A stretch of DNA of 64,000 nt, from contig CM035358.1 in assembly GCA_020137815.1 (NCBI GenBank), forward strand, positions 62,001-126,000. The letters run 5' to 3'. Origin of the DNA: Hormiphora californensis (taxonomy: Eukaryota; Animalia; Ctenophora). The notes beneath the pieces are model-generated. The model did no database searches. It was not told the origin of the DNA and saw only the letters and a list, made by a program, of their open reading frames with translations. The position numbers and the translations under genes were made by a program. Shown here one piece after another: positions 11,599-24,335 of the stretch; the first letter of the stretch is position 1, and every line of letters begins with the position of its first letter.

Positions 11599-13123
11599 TC
11601 ACTGCGCTGGCAAGCGCAAAGGTGGCCCCATCCCATCCCCCCAAAAACTTTTCCCGAAAAAGTGGGCCCGCTTGCCAACAGCGTAGATATAACAATTTTG
11701 AAGTTTTAGCCCATTTTGGCACTTTTCGACCCCTCCTAACTCCGGAACCAGATGAGCTAGGAGGCTGAAATTTGGTACTAAGAAGCTTCACATAGACCTC
11801 TACTGACGGTAAAAATTTGAAGTAGCTAGCTCAGTCCGATCGTAAGTTATGACACCACCCCCAAAACAGAAAATTCAGTGTGGCGATAGGTATATATATA
11901 GATATATAGATATAGACGCTTCACTGTGTAACACTTGTAGCCCGAACCATACTAGCTAGAGACTTGAACCAAGTTTTATCCGTTAGTAAATCGTTCGGGG
12001 CATGCATTAGTTAAGGTTTCAAGTGAAAATGTCCACTATGACGACCGTAGTGACGTCACAAAGTGACGTCATTGAAAAAATCTCGGACCAAATATTTTCA
12101 AACGCCTCTAACACCCTCAAGACGTATTCTGAATCCTGATTTGACGGAAAATCGTTAGTGGCAAATTGTCTGAACTTTCAGATACTTGATTGCGAATTTC
12201 TCTAACTTGTCATTTTTAGACCTTAAAACGCGTCGGAACTCAAAAATTTGATGTGAAAATCCACGAAAAAAACTCACATTTCGTGCAATAACTTCAGTTC
12301 TTGACTACCATGGCCTTTCAAACTTTTCACACGTTTACTACTTCATTGGCCAAATAGTCTGTCATAATTTTTTACGGTATCGAAAATTTCCAATTCTGTC
12401 TCGTTCATTAGTTATGACGTATGTTCATTATTTCAACTTTCATAAAATTGCTCTACAGAAAAATCTGTGCATTGTGGATTGAAACGGATGCTTGCATCGT
12501 GTTCAGCGTCAAAAAATAGTCGGGGTACCAAATTTTGGTGTCTCTACCTTGTCTGTGACGCGAGATATTGACAAATATAAAAAACGACCAAAGTGGGAGA
12601 AAGAGAGTTTGTTACTTTTGGGTGGCGCACACAAACAACTAGGCGGACTCTATATCTAATATCTAGATTTATGTAGATATATAGAGTCCACTTTGTTTAG
12701 ACTTTTTAGATAAAGAGTCCACCCTGTGTAGACTTTTTAGATAAAGAGTCCTCCTAGAGTTTAGAATTATTTGGACGCTTTATCTAAATCTAAATTTAGA
12801 TATAGAGTCCACTGTAGACTTAGAGTGTAGCACTAGAGTCTGCACACCCTCCCCGTTCATCCACTAAGTTTTGTGAGAAAACACGGCGTGCCACTCTTAC
12901 TTTAATGACCTCAAACGACCAAAAAAGAGTACAAATTTAGAGCAAAAACTAATTGAAATTAGTTCGCCAGAAAGGTGGCCCATTTTGAACTTACTCCTTC
13001 ATTTCCCTCACCTTTGAGTTGAATGTCTTTGAAGCCTCAACTCAAAGGTGACGGAAATGAAGGAGTAAGTTCAAAATGGGCCACCTTTCTGGCGAACTTA
13101 TTTCAATTAGTTTTTGCTCTAAA
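11599..13123 (+). mobile_element. Non-autonomous Helitron-like element, TCACTG family
   Basis: A|TCACTGCGCTGGCAAGCGCAAAGGTGGCCC..GGGCCACCTTT..GCTCTAAA|T; close relative of 37298-38430. Confidence 0.75.
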
Positions 13124-13183
13124 TAACATAAATAATTATTATAGAGGAAAGCTAGGAAGGTTTTAATATTGTTGACTACTTAC

Positions 13184-13295
13184 TTAGATGCCTGTACTAC
13201 TGCTCCTACGACCTTTTCAGATGCTGACTTAGCTTCTTTCAAAATATTTTCCGCTCCGCCTTTGAGGTAGCCTATCCACGATCCTCGTTTTTCAT
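13184..13295 (-). CDS. GAK: GAK/auxilin-like gene exon (kinase-PTEN linker)
   Basis: Phase 1-2, EKRGSWIGYLKGGAENILKEAKSASEKVVGAVVQAS; resembles GAK GFLDILRGG.E.LF..LKD.S.KV; phases match both neighbouring exons. Confidence 0.8.
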
Positions 13296-13418
13296 CTGAA
13301 AACAGATAACAGTTTTAGTTCTGTAACAATTATTGGCAAAAACACTCTACCATTTATTCAGCCAGGAAAAAGGCACATCTTACACGAATGCCTAGGACTT
13401 TCATGGATTGTACATTAA

Positions 13419-13863
13419 GGCCAGAGGGGGGGGGGGGGGGGGGTCAACCGATTTTTGACCCCCATCGGGGTTACCATCATGTGATAGCGCTTGGCATACC
13501 GGACCAGATAGATATGACAAAATGTGTTGTGCGTGAACGGTCTGGGAGAAAAATGGGGTTAACTTTTGGCCTGATATCAATGTAAACCCCATTATTTTAG
13601 GACTGGTAGGGTTTTGGACATCTGACTAAGTTTCAAACGATTTGTTTGTTTTGTACAAACAGTCTAACTTGGCAAAAAATAATGGGGTTTAAATTGATAT
13701 CAGGCCAAAAGTTAACCCCATTTTTCTCCCAGACCGTTCGCGCACAACACATTTTGTCATATCCATCTCGTCCGGTATGCCAAGCGCTATCACATGATGG
13801 TAACCCCGAAAATGGCCCAAAATGGGGATCAAAAATCGGTCGAACCCCCCCCCCCCTCTGGCC
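13419..13863. mobile_element. Kolobok-like palindromic MITE
   Basis: TTAA|GGCCAGAGGGG..CCCCTCTGGCC|TTAA with long internal IR. Confidence 0.75.
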
Positions 13864-14568
13864 TTAAACATTGTAAAATTTTGAGATATCGTATTATAAT
13901 ATAACAAGAATAATTATTGCATTATGTTTCATAATGCTGTGTTTCCCTGCCATTATCAACCGATTTTGAGAAATCTGATTGCGATGCCGTGCAATATGAT
14001 CTGACAATCATTATATTATATACAGTCGGACCCAGATTTACCGGGCCCCGATTTACCGGAACCCCGATTTACCGGGAGGATAAACTTCTCCCGAACTATT
14101 TTGGCGGGATTTTTGGCCCATATTTAAGATTTTCTTATTAGCCATATCATGTGATCTCTATCGAATCGTGAATGGATACGTGGCGACTAATCGGGTTAAG
14201 TATCGCATATCTTAAGCAAGAGACTATAGTATCGATACATGACCTCATCTACCTAATCAAGAGATTGGATGAATTGGTAGAAAATCACAAGTACAAAGGT
14301 ACCCTACCGACTAATCGAGTAAACCATTAGCCTGTTAAGTCTAATGAGGCCCCATTATCGATATCCGTCTTGTCTTGACTTACTTGACTTGACTTATGGC
14401 GAGTGGTATTCTCGAACACGGTAGGTAAGTTCTCGCCATAAGTCTCGGTCAGCCATCATTGAAGCTATCTCGTCTATTCTTTTCACTCCCGTGTCCCTTC
14501 GTATGGTGTCCACGAAGGTAAGCTTAGGTCTCCCTCTCTTAGTTTTACCATGAGAGGGTTCCCATAAC

Positions 14569-17500
14569 CAGGGTGTGAACTGCATGTCGTGTTTGCTAGT
14601 CGCGAGCGCGCTTGCGAGACAAGCAAACACGTCAAGGTTCATTAACAAGCATGCTGCTCAGTCATTTTAGATTTAATACACAATGTAAGGATACCATGTA
14701 ATAGGTGAGACTCTTGCCGTCACCCTCGTTCAAGTCCCGTGAAAAACGGAGCAGTACACGCAAACTGATGCCCATTTTCCTCGCGTGACCCCGATTCAGC
14801 AGTTTGAGACACCAACTCTTTAGGGGGCCATATCTCAGGAACCAGACAAGATAGGAAAAATCGCCGTCTAACGAGGCGTACAGTTTTTAATCTAGTTTAC
14901 CACTGTACCGGCCGTTTCACTCTCCGACCTAAAACAAAAATCGCAACCCCACAAAACTTCAAAATAATGAAATTCGCATCTCGCATGTCGTGTTGCATGT
15001 CGTGTTGCATGTCGTGTCATGTTATTGACGCGCTCGCGTTCAACTCTCACACAGCAGCTGCAGAACATGGCGGGAAACATCGAGGAGTAGAGAGAGGGTC
15101 GGTGCCGAATCAAATATTTCTTGATCTTGATCTACTCCATCTCTCAGCTATCCTACCCCTCATCAACTCGATCTCTCAGCTACCCTACCCCTCATCTACT
15201 CCATCTTTCAGCTACCCTACCCCTCATCTACTCCATCTTTCAGCTACCCTACCCCTTATCTAGTCCATCTCTCAGCTACCCTACTCCTCATCTACTCCAT
15301 CTCTCAGCTTCCCTATTAGGGAAGCATAAAGATGGAAACGATTAGGGGTAGGGAATCCCTATCCATAATCGTTTCCATCTCTATGCTTCCCTAGCCCTCA
15401 TCAACTCCATCTTTCAGCTACCCTACCCCTAATCTAGTCCATCTCTCCGCTACCCTACTCCTCATCTACTGCATCTCTCAGCTACCCTACCTCCCATTTA
15501 CTCCATCTCTCAGCTACCCTACCTCCCATTTACTCCATCTCTCAGCTTCCCTACCTCCCATTTACTCCATCTCTCAGCTTCCCTACCTCCCATTTACTCC
15601 ATCGCTTACCTTCCCTACCTCCCATTTACTCCATCTCTCAGCTTCCCTACCTCCCATTTACTCCATCTCTCAGCTTACCTACCTCCCATTTACTCCATAT
15701 CTCAGCTTCCCTACCTGCCATTTACTCCATCTCTCAGATACCCTACCTCCCATTTACTCCATCTCTCAGCTTACCTACCTCCCATTTACTCCATCTCTCA
15801 GCTTCCCTACCTCCCATTCACTCCATCTCTCAGCTTCCCTACCTCCCATTTACTCCATCTCTCAGCTACCCTACCTCCCATTCACTCCATCTCTCAGCTA
15901 CCCTACCTCCCATTTACTCCATCTCTCAGCTTCCCTACCTCCCATTTACTCCATCCCTCAGCTTCCCTACCTCCCATTTACTCCATCCCTGCCTCCCATT
16001 TACTCCATCTCTCAGCTACCCTACCTCCCATTTACTCCATCTCTCAGCTTCCCTACCTCCCATTTACTCCATCTCTCAGCTACCTTACCTCCCATTTACT
16101 CCATATCTCAGCTTCCCTACCTGCCATTTACTCCATCTCTCAGGTACCCTACCTCCCATTTACTCCATCTCTCAGCTTACCTACCTGCCATTTACTCCAT
16201 CTCTCAGCTTCCCTACCTCCCATTCACTCCATCTCTCAGCTTCCCTACCTCCCATTTACTCCATCTCTCAGCTACCCTACCTCCCATTTACTCCATCCCT
16301 GCCTCCCATTTACTCCATCTCTCAGCTTCCCTACCTCCCATTTACTCCATCTCTCAGCTACCCTACCTCCCATTCACTCCATCTCTCAGCTACCCTACCT
16401 CCCATTTACTCCATCTCTCAGCTTCCCTACCTCCCATTTACTCCATCCCTCAGCTTCCCTACCTCCCATTTACTCCATCCCTACCTCCCATTTACTCCAT
16501 CTCTCAGCTACCCTACCTCCCATTCACTCCATCTCTCAGCTACCCTACCTCCCATTTACTCCATCTCTCAGCTTCCCTACCTCCCATTTACTCCATCTCT
16601 CAGCTTCCCTACCTCCCATTTACTCCATCCCTCAGCTTCCCTACCTCCCATTTACTCCATCTCTCAGCTTCCCTACCTCCCATTTACTCCATCTCTCAGC
16701 TACCCTACCTCCCATTTACTTCATCTCTCAGCTTCCCTACCTCCCATTTACTCCATCTCTCAGCTTCCCTACCTCCCATTTACTCCATCGCTTACCTTCC
16801 CTACCTCCCATTTACTCCATCTCTCAGCTTCCCTACCTCCCATTTACTCCATCTCTCAGCTACCCTACCTCCCATTTACTTCATCTCTCAGCTTCCCTAC
16901 CTCCCATTTACTCCATCTCTCAGCTTCCCAACCTCCCATTTACTCCATCGCTTACCTTCCCTACCTCCCATTTACTCCATCTCTCAGCTTCCCTACCTCC
17001 CATTTACTCCATCTCTTACCTTCCCTACCTCCCATTTACTCCATCTCTCAGCTTCCGTACCCCTCATTTACTCCATCTCTCAGCTTCCCTACCTCCCATT
17101 TACTCCATCTCTCAGCTGCCCTACCTCCCATTTACTCCATCTCTCAGCTTCCCTACCTCCCATTTACTCCATCTCTCATTTATCCTAACATTCCTACCCC
17201 TGAGAGATGTAGTAAATGGGAGGTAGGGAAGCTGAGAGATGGAGTAAATGGGAGGTAGGGAAGCTGAGAGATGGAGTAAATGGGAGGTAGGGTAGCTGAG
17301 AGATGGAGTAAATGGGAGGTAGGGTAGCTGAGAGATGGAGTAAATGGGAGGTAGGGTAGCTGAGAGATGGAGTAAATGAGAGGTAGGGAAGCTGAGAAAT
17401 GGAGTAAATGGGAGGTAGGGTAGCTGAGAGATGGAGTAAATGGAAGGTAAGGTAGCTGAGAGATGGAGTAAATGGGAGGTAGGGAAGCTGAGAGATGGAG

Positions 17501-18720
17501 TAAATGGGAGGTAGGGTAGCTGAGAGATGGAGTAAATGGGAGGTAGGGAAGCTGAGAGATGGAGTAAATGGGAGGTAGGGTAGCTGAGAGATGGAGTAAA
17601 TGAGAGGTAGGGAAGCTGAGAAATGGAGTAAATGGGAGGTAAGGTAGCTGAGAGATGGAGTAAATGGGAGGTAGGGTATCTGAGAGATGGAGTAAATGGC
17701 AGGTAGGGAAGCTGAGATATGGAGTAAATGGGAGGTAGGTAAGCTGAGAGATGGAGTAAATGGGAGGTAGGGAAGTTGAGAGATGTAGTAAATGGGAGGT
17801 AGGGTAGCTGAGAGATGGAGTAAATGGGAGGTAGGGTAGCTGAGAGATGGAGTAGATGAGGAGTAGGGTAGCGGAGAGATGGACTAGATTAGGGGTAGGG
17901 TAGCTGAAAGATGGAGTTGATGAGGGCTAGGGAAGCATAGAGATGGGAACGATTATGGATAAGGATTCCCTAACCCTAATCGTTTCCATCTCTATGCTTC
18001 CCTAATAGGGAAGCTGAGAGATGGAGTAGATGAGGAGTAGGGTAGCTGAGAGATGGACTAGATAAGGGGTAGGGTAGCTGAAAGATGGAGTAGATGAGGG
18101 GTAGGGTAGCTGAGAGATCGAGTTGATGAGGGGTAGGATAGCTGAGAGATGGAGTAGATCAAGATCAAGAAATATTTGATTCGGCACCGACCCTCTCTCT
18201 ACTCCTCGATGTTTCCCGCCATGTTCTGCAGCTGCTGTGTGAGAGTTGAACGCGAGCGCGTCAATAACATGACACGACATGCAACACGACATGCAACACG
18301 ACATGCGAGATGCGAATTTCATTATTTTGAAGTTTTGTGGGGTTGCGATTTTTGTTTTAGGTCGGAGAGTGAAACGGCCGGTACAGTGGTAAACTAGATT
18401 AAAAACTGTACGCCTCGTTAGACGGCGATTTTTCCTATCTTGTCTGGTTCCTGAGATATGGCCCCCTAAAGAGTTGGTGTCTCAAACTGCTGAATCGGGG
18501 TCACGCGAGGAAAATGGGCATCAGTTTGCGTGTACTGCTCCGTTTTTCACGGGACTTGAACGAGGGTGACGGCAAGAGTCTCACCTATTACATGGTATCC
18601 TTACATTGTGTATTAAATCTAAAATGACTGAGCAGCATGCTTGTTAATGAACCTTGACGTGTTTGCTTGTCTCGCAAGCGCGCTCGCGACTAGCAAACAC
18701 GACATGCAGTTCACACCCTG
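14569..18720. mobile_element. 4.15-kb foldback element, CAGGG..CCCTG ends, 5-bp TSD (hAT5-like)
   Basis: ATAAC|CAGGGTGTGAAC..GTTCACACCCTG|ATAAC; arms near-identical; removal restores RTE HSVLL|WEPSHG. Confidence 0.85.
15130..18160. repeat. 32-bp minisatellite (CTCCCATTTACTCCATCTCTCAGCTWCCCTAC)n, orientation inverts at ~17190
   Basis: Tandem units read directly; C-rich to ~17180, G-rich complement from ~17200. Confidence 0.95.
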
Positions 18721-20011
18721 ATAACAACACTGAGTGTAAAGTTAGTTCTGGGTGTCGAAGTGCATGGCCCGTGTGTCTAAGCCGCCTCTCAGCAATCTTG
18801 GTACTAAGAATTGGTAGGCCACTATAGAGTTCCCAATTTGTCATTTTCAGGAGGAACTGGTTCTTGTTTAGTGCCATCCTGAGCATGCGGGTATAGGTCC
18901 CATTTAGACTACGCTCCTGATCTTTGGTGAGTGTCCATGTCTCACAGCCATAAAGTAGGACAGATTCAACACATGCCACGAACAAACGGATCTTGAGTTC
19001 ATCCTTAAGGTTTGAGTTCCAAATCTTTTTGAGCTTATGACATGCCAAGGTTATCGATGCCCTCTGTCAGGAATTCTGTCTTACCCAGGTTGCAGTGTAG
19101 ACCGATTTGACCACACACCGCTTCCACTTCCCTGAGCAGAACTCCAAGTTGTTCAGTAGAGTGAGCAAGGAGTGCCAGGTCATCAGCAAACTCTGTGTCC
19201 GTTACCCGTTGGGCCTCAATAGGTCGAGATCTAGTACCCCGTGCTGGCTGGATGGTGAAACCAATCTCCGGGTGCTTTGAGAGTGCTGTTGTAATGCAAA
19301 AATCCAATGCAATGATGAAGAGGAAAGGGGCAAGTGTATCCCCCTGTAATACTCCAGCAACAATCTCAAAGAGGGCTGTTTCTCCATCAGCTGTAAGGAC
19401 CCTGGCTTTAGTGTTCTTATACAACCAAGAGATGAGATCCACTATCTTTCCTGGAATTCCATAGGATCGAAGGATCTTCATCAGGGATTTTCTATTGATG
19501 CTATCAAAAGCTTTGACAAAATCTATAAATACCATAGCTATAGGTAAATCCCGTCCTCTAGCCCCCTCAAGAATCCGTCTCAAGGTAAGTATATGATTGG
19601 TAGTGGATCTACCCTCTCTGAACCCATTCTGATTATTACTGAGCAGAGCATCCACGTGGGGTCTAATTCTATGCAGGATCATTCGATTTAAAGTTTTAGC
19701 AACTATTGAAGTGAGAGCTATTCCCCGGTAATTCCCGGGTTTAGAGAGATCTCCTTTCTTGAGGACAGGGACCAAGTTGCTAATAAGCCACTGATCCGGG
19801 ACTCCTTCCCCATTCAATGCTCCGGTGCAGAACCCAAGTACAATATCATCGATATCGCATCTCTTCAGTACTTCTGGGGGGATTGAGTCATCACCAAAAG
19901 CCCTGGCTTCCTTCAGCCTAGATTTCGCTGTTTTCAGCTCATCACAGGTAAAGAGGCCAATGTCGATTGGGCCAGGAGGGTGTAGAATTTTGGTGACACG
20001 GTCACCCCTAC

Positions 20012-20625
20012 ACTAGGGCCGCGCGAAGCGCGGCAAACAAAGCCCGCGAAGATCATCACCAATGTAGAACTGGAATTTCCGGTTCTCTATCCGTACTTAT
20101 CAATGATGAGATCTTGTTCAGGATTAAATAGGGAGGAAAATTAGAAAAATATCTGGCGAGGGCCGGGCTCGAACCGACAACCTCTGGGTTTCGCATCCAT
20201 TGCTCTACCTTTTGAGCTACCCCGGGGTAGCCAGAGAAGATATTAAAAATCTTGTTCCGATATGTGATGCTGCAATAGCTAAGGGCAATGTTCAGGATAT
20301 AGAGCGAGGAAATGTAGTTAAATTGTCGGCGGGGTAGCTCAAAAGGTAGAGCAATGGACGCGAAAAGGCGGGGTACCTCAAAAGGTAGAGCAATGGACGC
20401 GAAACCCAGAGGTTGTCGGTTCGAGCCCGGCCCTCGCCAGATATTTTTCTAATTTTCCTCCCTATTTAATCCTGAACAAGATCTCATCATTGATATTTAA
20501 CCAATCCATTCTTCCACAACCGTGATCTGCCCGCTGTATGTTTCCCCTTCACTGTTGTACAGTAGGGCGTGTATGTGTGAGAGAGAAAGTGAGATTAGCA
20601 GCCAGAGAAGATATTAAAAATCTTG
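20012..20625 (-). mobile_element. Insertion in RTE: Helitron-type 3' end plus an inverted pair of tRNA-derived SINE-like heads
   Basis: Minus-strand GCCGCGCTTCGCGCGGC hairpin + CTAG at ~20013; tRNA-like GGCGGGGTAGCTCAAAAGGTAGAGC..GGTTCGAGCCCGGCCCTCGCCA at ~20328-20439 (+) and ~20154-20226 (-). Confidence 0.55.
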
Positions 20626-22174
20626 TTCCTCTATCAGTACTAGTAGGTTCAGCCGGTGTCCCAAGTATAGTTTTGAGTTGGTTATACCATATCTCAACTC
20701 TATCATCAGCTGAGTCACCCTCGATCTGACTTTGCTCACGCTGGTGTCGTCCTGATATTTCATTGATCAACCTCCAGCTTTCCCTGGTTTTGGCATGCTT
20801 TGTAGCATCCTCAACCTTGCTAATCTTGTTCTCCAGAATTTCAGAGTGCACAATCTGATATGCATCCTGCAGGTCCTTCTTCGCGGATCCGATTGAGGTT
20901 TCCTCAGATGGGGTCAAATGGTACTGCTGGCTTGCAGTCTCCACACTTTCCCTTGCTCGTTTAACCCTAAAATCCTCGGCCACCACGTCTCTAATTCTCT
21001 TTCGCTTCTTCCCCAGTAGAGCTTCGTTCGGTCGCATCTTCCCTGTCTTCTAGAGCCGACACTGCGAAGCGGTTATGCACCTCCACAGAGAACCTCTCCT
21101 GCAGTTCTGGGCTAGATTTCAGCTCATCGTAGCAGTAAGAGGCTCTCCCCGGGGGTGTTTTACGTTTCCGCAGTGTTAGCTTCAGCTTCACAGTGACCGC
21201 CCTATGGTCCGATCCAAGAGAACTAAATATCTCAGATATATCAGCGTCCTTGATACTGTTCCGCCATTTCCTACGCACCAGTATATAGTCCTTGGTGGAC
21301 TTACTGAGAGTACCGTCCAAAAGGTGTGTCCAGAGGCGGCATTTCCGTTTCTGGAAACATGTGTTAGTAACCTCCAGATTCGCCTCTCTTTCAAACAGAG
21401 TCCATTAGGGCTCATGGTAGTACCATCCTGAGGGGGATTCTGACCAGCCGAGTTTCGCATTGAAATCTCCCGCCACGACTACAAGATTGTGGGCAGGGAT
21501 AGTATTGATACAATCCCTTAGGTCATGGTGAAACTTCTCTACTTCATCCCTGCTGTAGCCCTCAGTTGGTGAATACACAGAAACTACAGTGAAACGAGGG
21601 TTCCCTGCAAACGTAACCTTTAGGATGCGAGGTGAGACAACCTCCTTCTCCGTAATCAGCTTCCACGCTGCCGCCCTCTGGTTTCTCTCAACTGTGGATG
21701 TTAAGAGGATGCAGTCTGACCCAGCCGGAGTAATGCGTATAACCTCACCCGATGCATGCACTATCCGACTTTCTTGGATTGCAAGCACACAAAGTTTGCT
21801 ATTGCAGAACTTATAAGCCAGTTCCTCTTGCCGTTCGACTGTACGTAAGGTATGACAGTTTAGCGTTCCAATGTACGATTCCTTGAATTTATAAAAACTT
21901 TCCATAATTTGTGTTTTACGTTCACTACATATTACGTTTACAGGTGTGACTCTGTAGACACGATGTTCATGTTGTAAGGGAATAAAACGGCAAGCCGACT
22001 CAACTACACTGCCAGCAGTTGCTGGGTAGCAGAGATTTTATAGTACATATCGAGACCGTAGTGACATATTCACTAGCATTTTGGCACAATACTGTGTGAT
22101 TTTAAATGACTGGGACTGGAATATTGCGAATTGCGTGAAAACTATAGCATCTTTCGACTTCAAATTTTGGGACA

Positions 22175-23785
22175 TCACAGCGCTGGCAAGCGCCCCGGGG
22201 CCAACCCCAGGCCAAGAAACACAACTGTGGTGAAAGTAGTGCCATTACTGCAGCAGTAGTATTCAGGAGTAGTACAGTGTAACCTGACACCCACAGCAGA
22301 GAGGGGAACTGGCTGTCAACGCCCCTTTACGGGCCAGCGCTTATATACTTATTTTACAGATAGGCCCTTTTCAAGCGGCTAAAAAACATACTTCCATTAT
22401 TCCAATCCAGCTCAAATTTTGTATTAAGAGTTGCCAACTAGGGAACTTTGTTGTGTAAAAATTTCACGTTCCTAGCGTTTGTACTTCACAAGTTATGAAG
22501 GGCTCAAATTTCGCACAATTAAGATATATCGATCGATCGATCGATCGATATAGATACAGATTTTTGCGTCAATCTTAGAAACACGATTTCTCAAAAACGG
22601 TAAACAGTAGCTGCACAATTCCAAAAACATCTTTTAGTGCTAGTGCTTGGCCGTGTTTTAAAGCGAGATGGTATAAATTGGTCTATTATAACAAGAGTTA
22701 TGACGGTCTTAAATAATTAAGACGATTTCTAAGAAACACGATTTCTCAAAAACGGTAAACAGTAACTGCACAATTCCAAAAACATCTTTTAGTGCTAGTG
22801 CTTGGCCGTGTTTTAAAGCGAGATGGCGTAAATTGGTCTATTATAACAAGAGTTATGACGGTCTTAAATAATTAAGACGATTTCTAAGAAACGATTTCTC
22901 AAAAACGGTAAACAGTAACTGCACAATTCCAAAGACATCTTTTAGTGCTAATGCTTGACCGTTTTTTAAAGCGAGATGGTGTAAATTGGTATATTATAAC
23001 AAGAGTTATGACGGTCTTAAATAATTAAGACGATTTCTAAGAAACACGATTTCTCAAAAACGGTAAATAGTAACTGCACAATTCCAAAAACATCTTTTAG
23101 TGCTAGCGCTTGGCCGTGTTTTAAAGCGAGATGGTGTAAATTGGTCTATTATAACAAGAGTTATGACGGTCTTAAATAATTAAGACGATTTCTAAGAAAC
23201 ACAATTTCTCAAAAACGGTAAATAGTAACTGCACAATTCCAAAAACATCTTTTAGTGCTAGCGCTTGGCCGTGTTTTAAAGCGAGATGGTGTAAATTGGT
23301 CAATCATAAGAGTTATGACGGTCTTAAAATTTAGGAAGATTTTCAATATATGTATATCGCGAGTGTCTACCGATTTTAGATAAACTTCAGGCCGGCTCAA
23401 TTTGGTCGAGAAATGAATCTGTGGTAAAACCAAAACACATGATACTTGAACCAAAACCAAACACGTTTGGTGGATTTCCCGGGGCAACAGAACGTGAAAC
23501 TATTTTATATCGAAAATAAATGATATGGAGACGCCCGGGGGCCGGGGTGCTGTCAAGTCCACTATTCACAAACTGTCCAATCACTTCTTAATGAAAGAAA
23601 ACAATTAAAAGTTGTCTCGTTGCATAAAACACCTGAGTTTTCCAAACTGTGGCCATTCATATGAACAGTGGACTTGACAGCACCCCGGCCCCCGGGCGTC
23701 TCCATATCATTTATTTTCGATATAAAATAGTTTCACGTTCTGTTGCCCCGGGAAATCCACCAAACGTGTTTGGTTTTGGTTCAAG
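22175..23785 (+). mobile_element. Non-autonomous Helitron (TCAC family) with a 155-bp tandem array
   Basis: GGGACA|TCACAGCGCTGG..TTCAAG|TGATAAAAC; the opposite arm shows the empty site GGGACATGATAAAAC, i.e. A|T insertion with no TSD. Confidence 0.8.
22575..23330. repeat. ~155-bp tandem repeat, about 5 copies
   Basis: AGAAACACGATTTCTCAAAAACGG recurs at ~22577, 22731, 22886, 23039 and 23194. Confidence 0.9.
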
Positions 23786-24300
23786 TGATAAAACTAGGTT
23801 GTAGCAATTTTCTCCTAGTTTTACAGCAAATTTCAATGTTCCTGAATGAATCTATTGCCCATAAACATCCTCCAACTTTACACAGTCATATCTCTGGAGT
23901 CTAATGAGATAGAGAGTTCAAATTTTTAGGAGAGACAGATAAGACGATTTTGAATGTTTTGTCTGCTTTACGAGTTGATAACTTTTACCATTTGTTCACA
24001 GGAACTGTTTAAAGTGATGTAACACGCTCTAATTAGGCCAAATTTAGGTCATTTACCCCTCAAAGATCACATGTCCAGCTGCATCTAGTGGGCTAATGAG
24101 GCCTTGAACACGCATACGTCACGTGTTACTGTAGGGCTACAGCTCTCCTTTTCCATCTTGAACCAGCAGACATGATCATGGTGTCTGGAAGTGGTAACAA
24201 GCTGTAGAAAACCAGACAGACTAGATGCTCTCTACTTCAACGTATCACTCTCTCCCTTTCTCGTTATAAGGTCACGTGACTGGAATTGGGATTTAGACAT

Positions 24301-24335
<35 letters not shown>

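Larger units (their letters stand above)
14365..22080 (-). mobile_element. Decayed RTE-clade LINE (APE endonuclease + RT) interrupted by two insertions
   Basis: EN (IGTLNCHTL..IQE..VYSPT..GDFNA..SDH) 21905-20991; RT (NYRGIAL..QNGFR..FIDFVKAFDS..GVLQGDTLAP..FADD) 19817-19035; C-terminus WEPSHGK..GRPK 14568-14394; (CAAGT)n-like tail 14365-14395; several frameshifts. Confidence 0.9.

Noticed and set aside
15130-18160. 32-bp repeats as a CRISPR array
   Set aside because: Units are contiguous with no unique spacers, there are no cas genes, and the context is eukaryotic.
20328-20439. Functional tRNA gene
   Set aside because: Poor anticodon stem, partial duplication, shared non-tRNA tail and location inside a TE insertion indicate a SINE-like derivative.
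22575-23330. 155-bp periodic repeat as CRISPR or an RNA gene cluster
   Set aside because: Whole units are near-identical tandem copies inside a Helitron.
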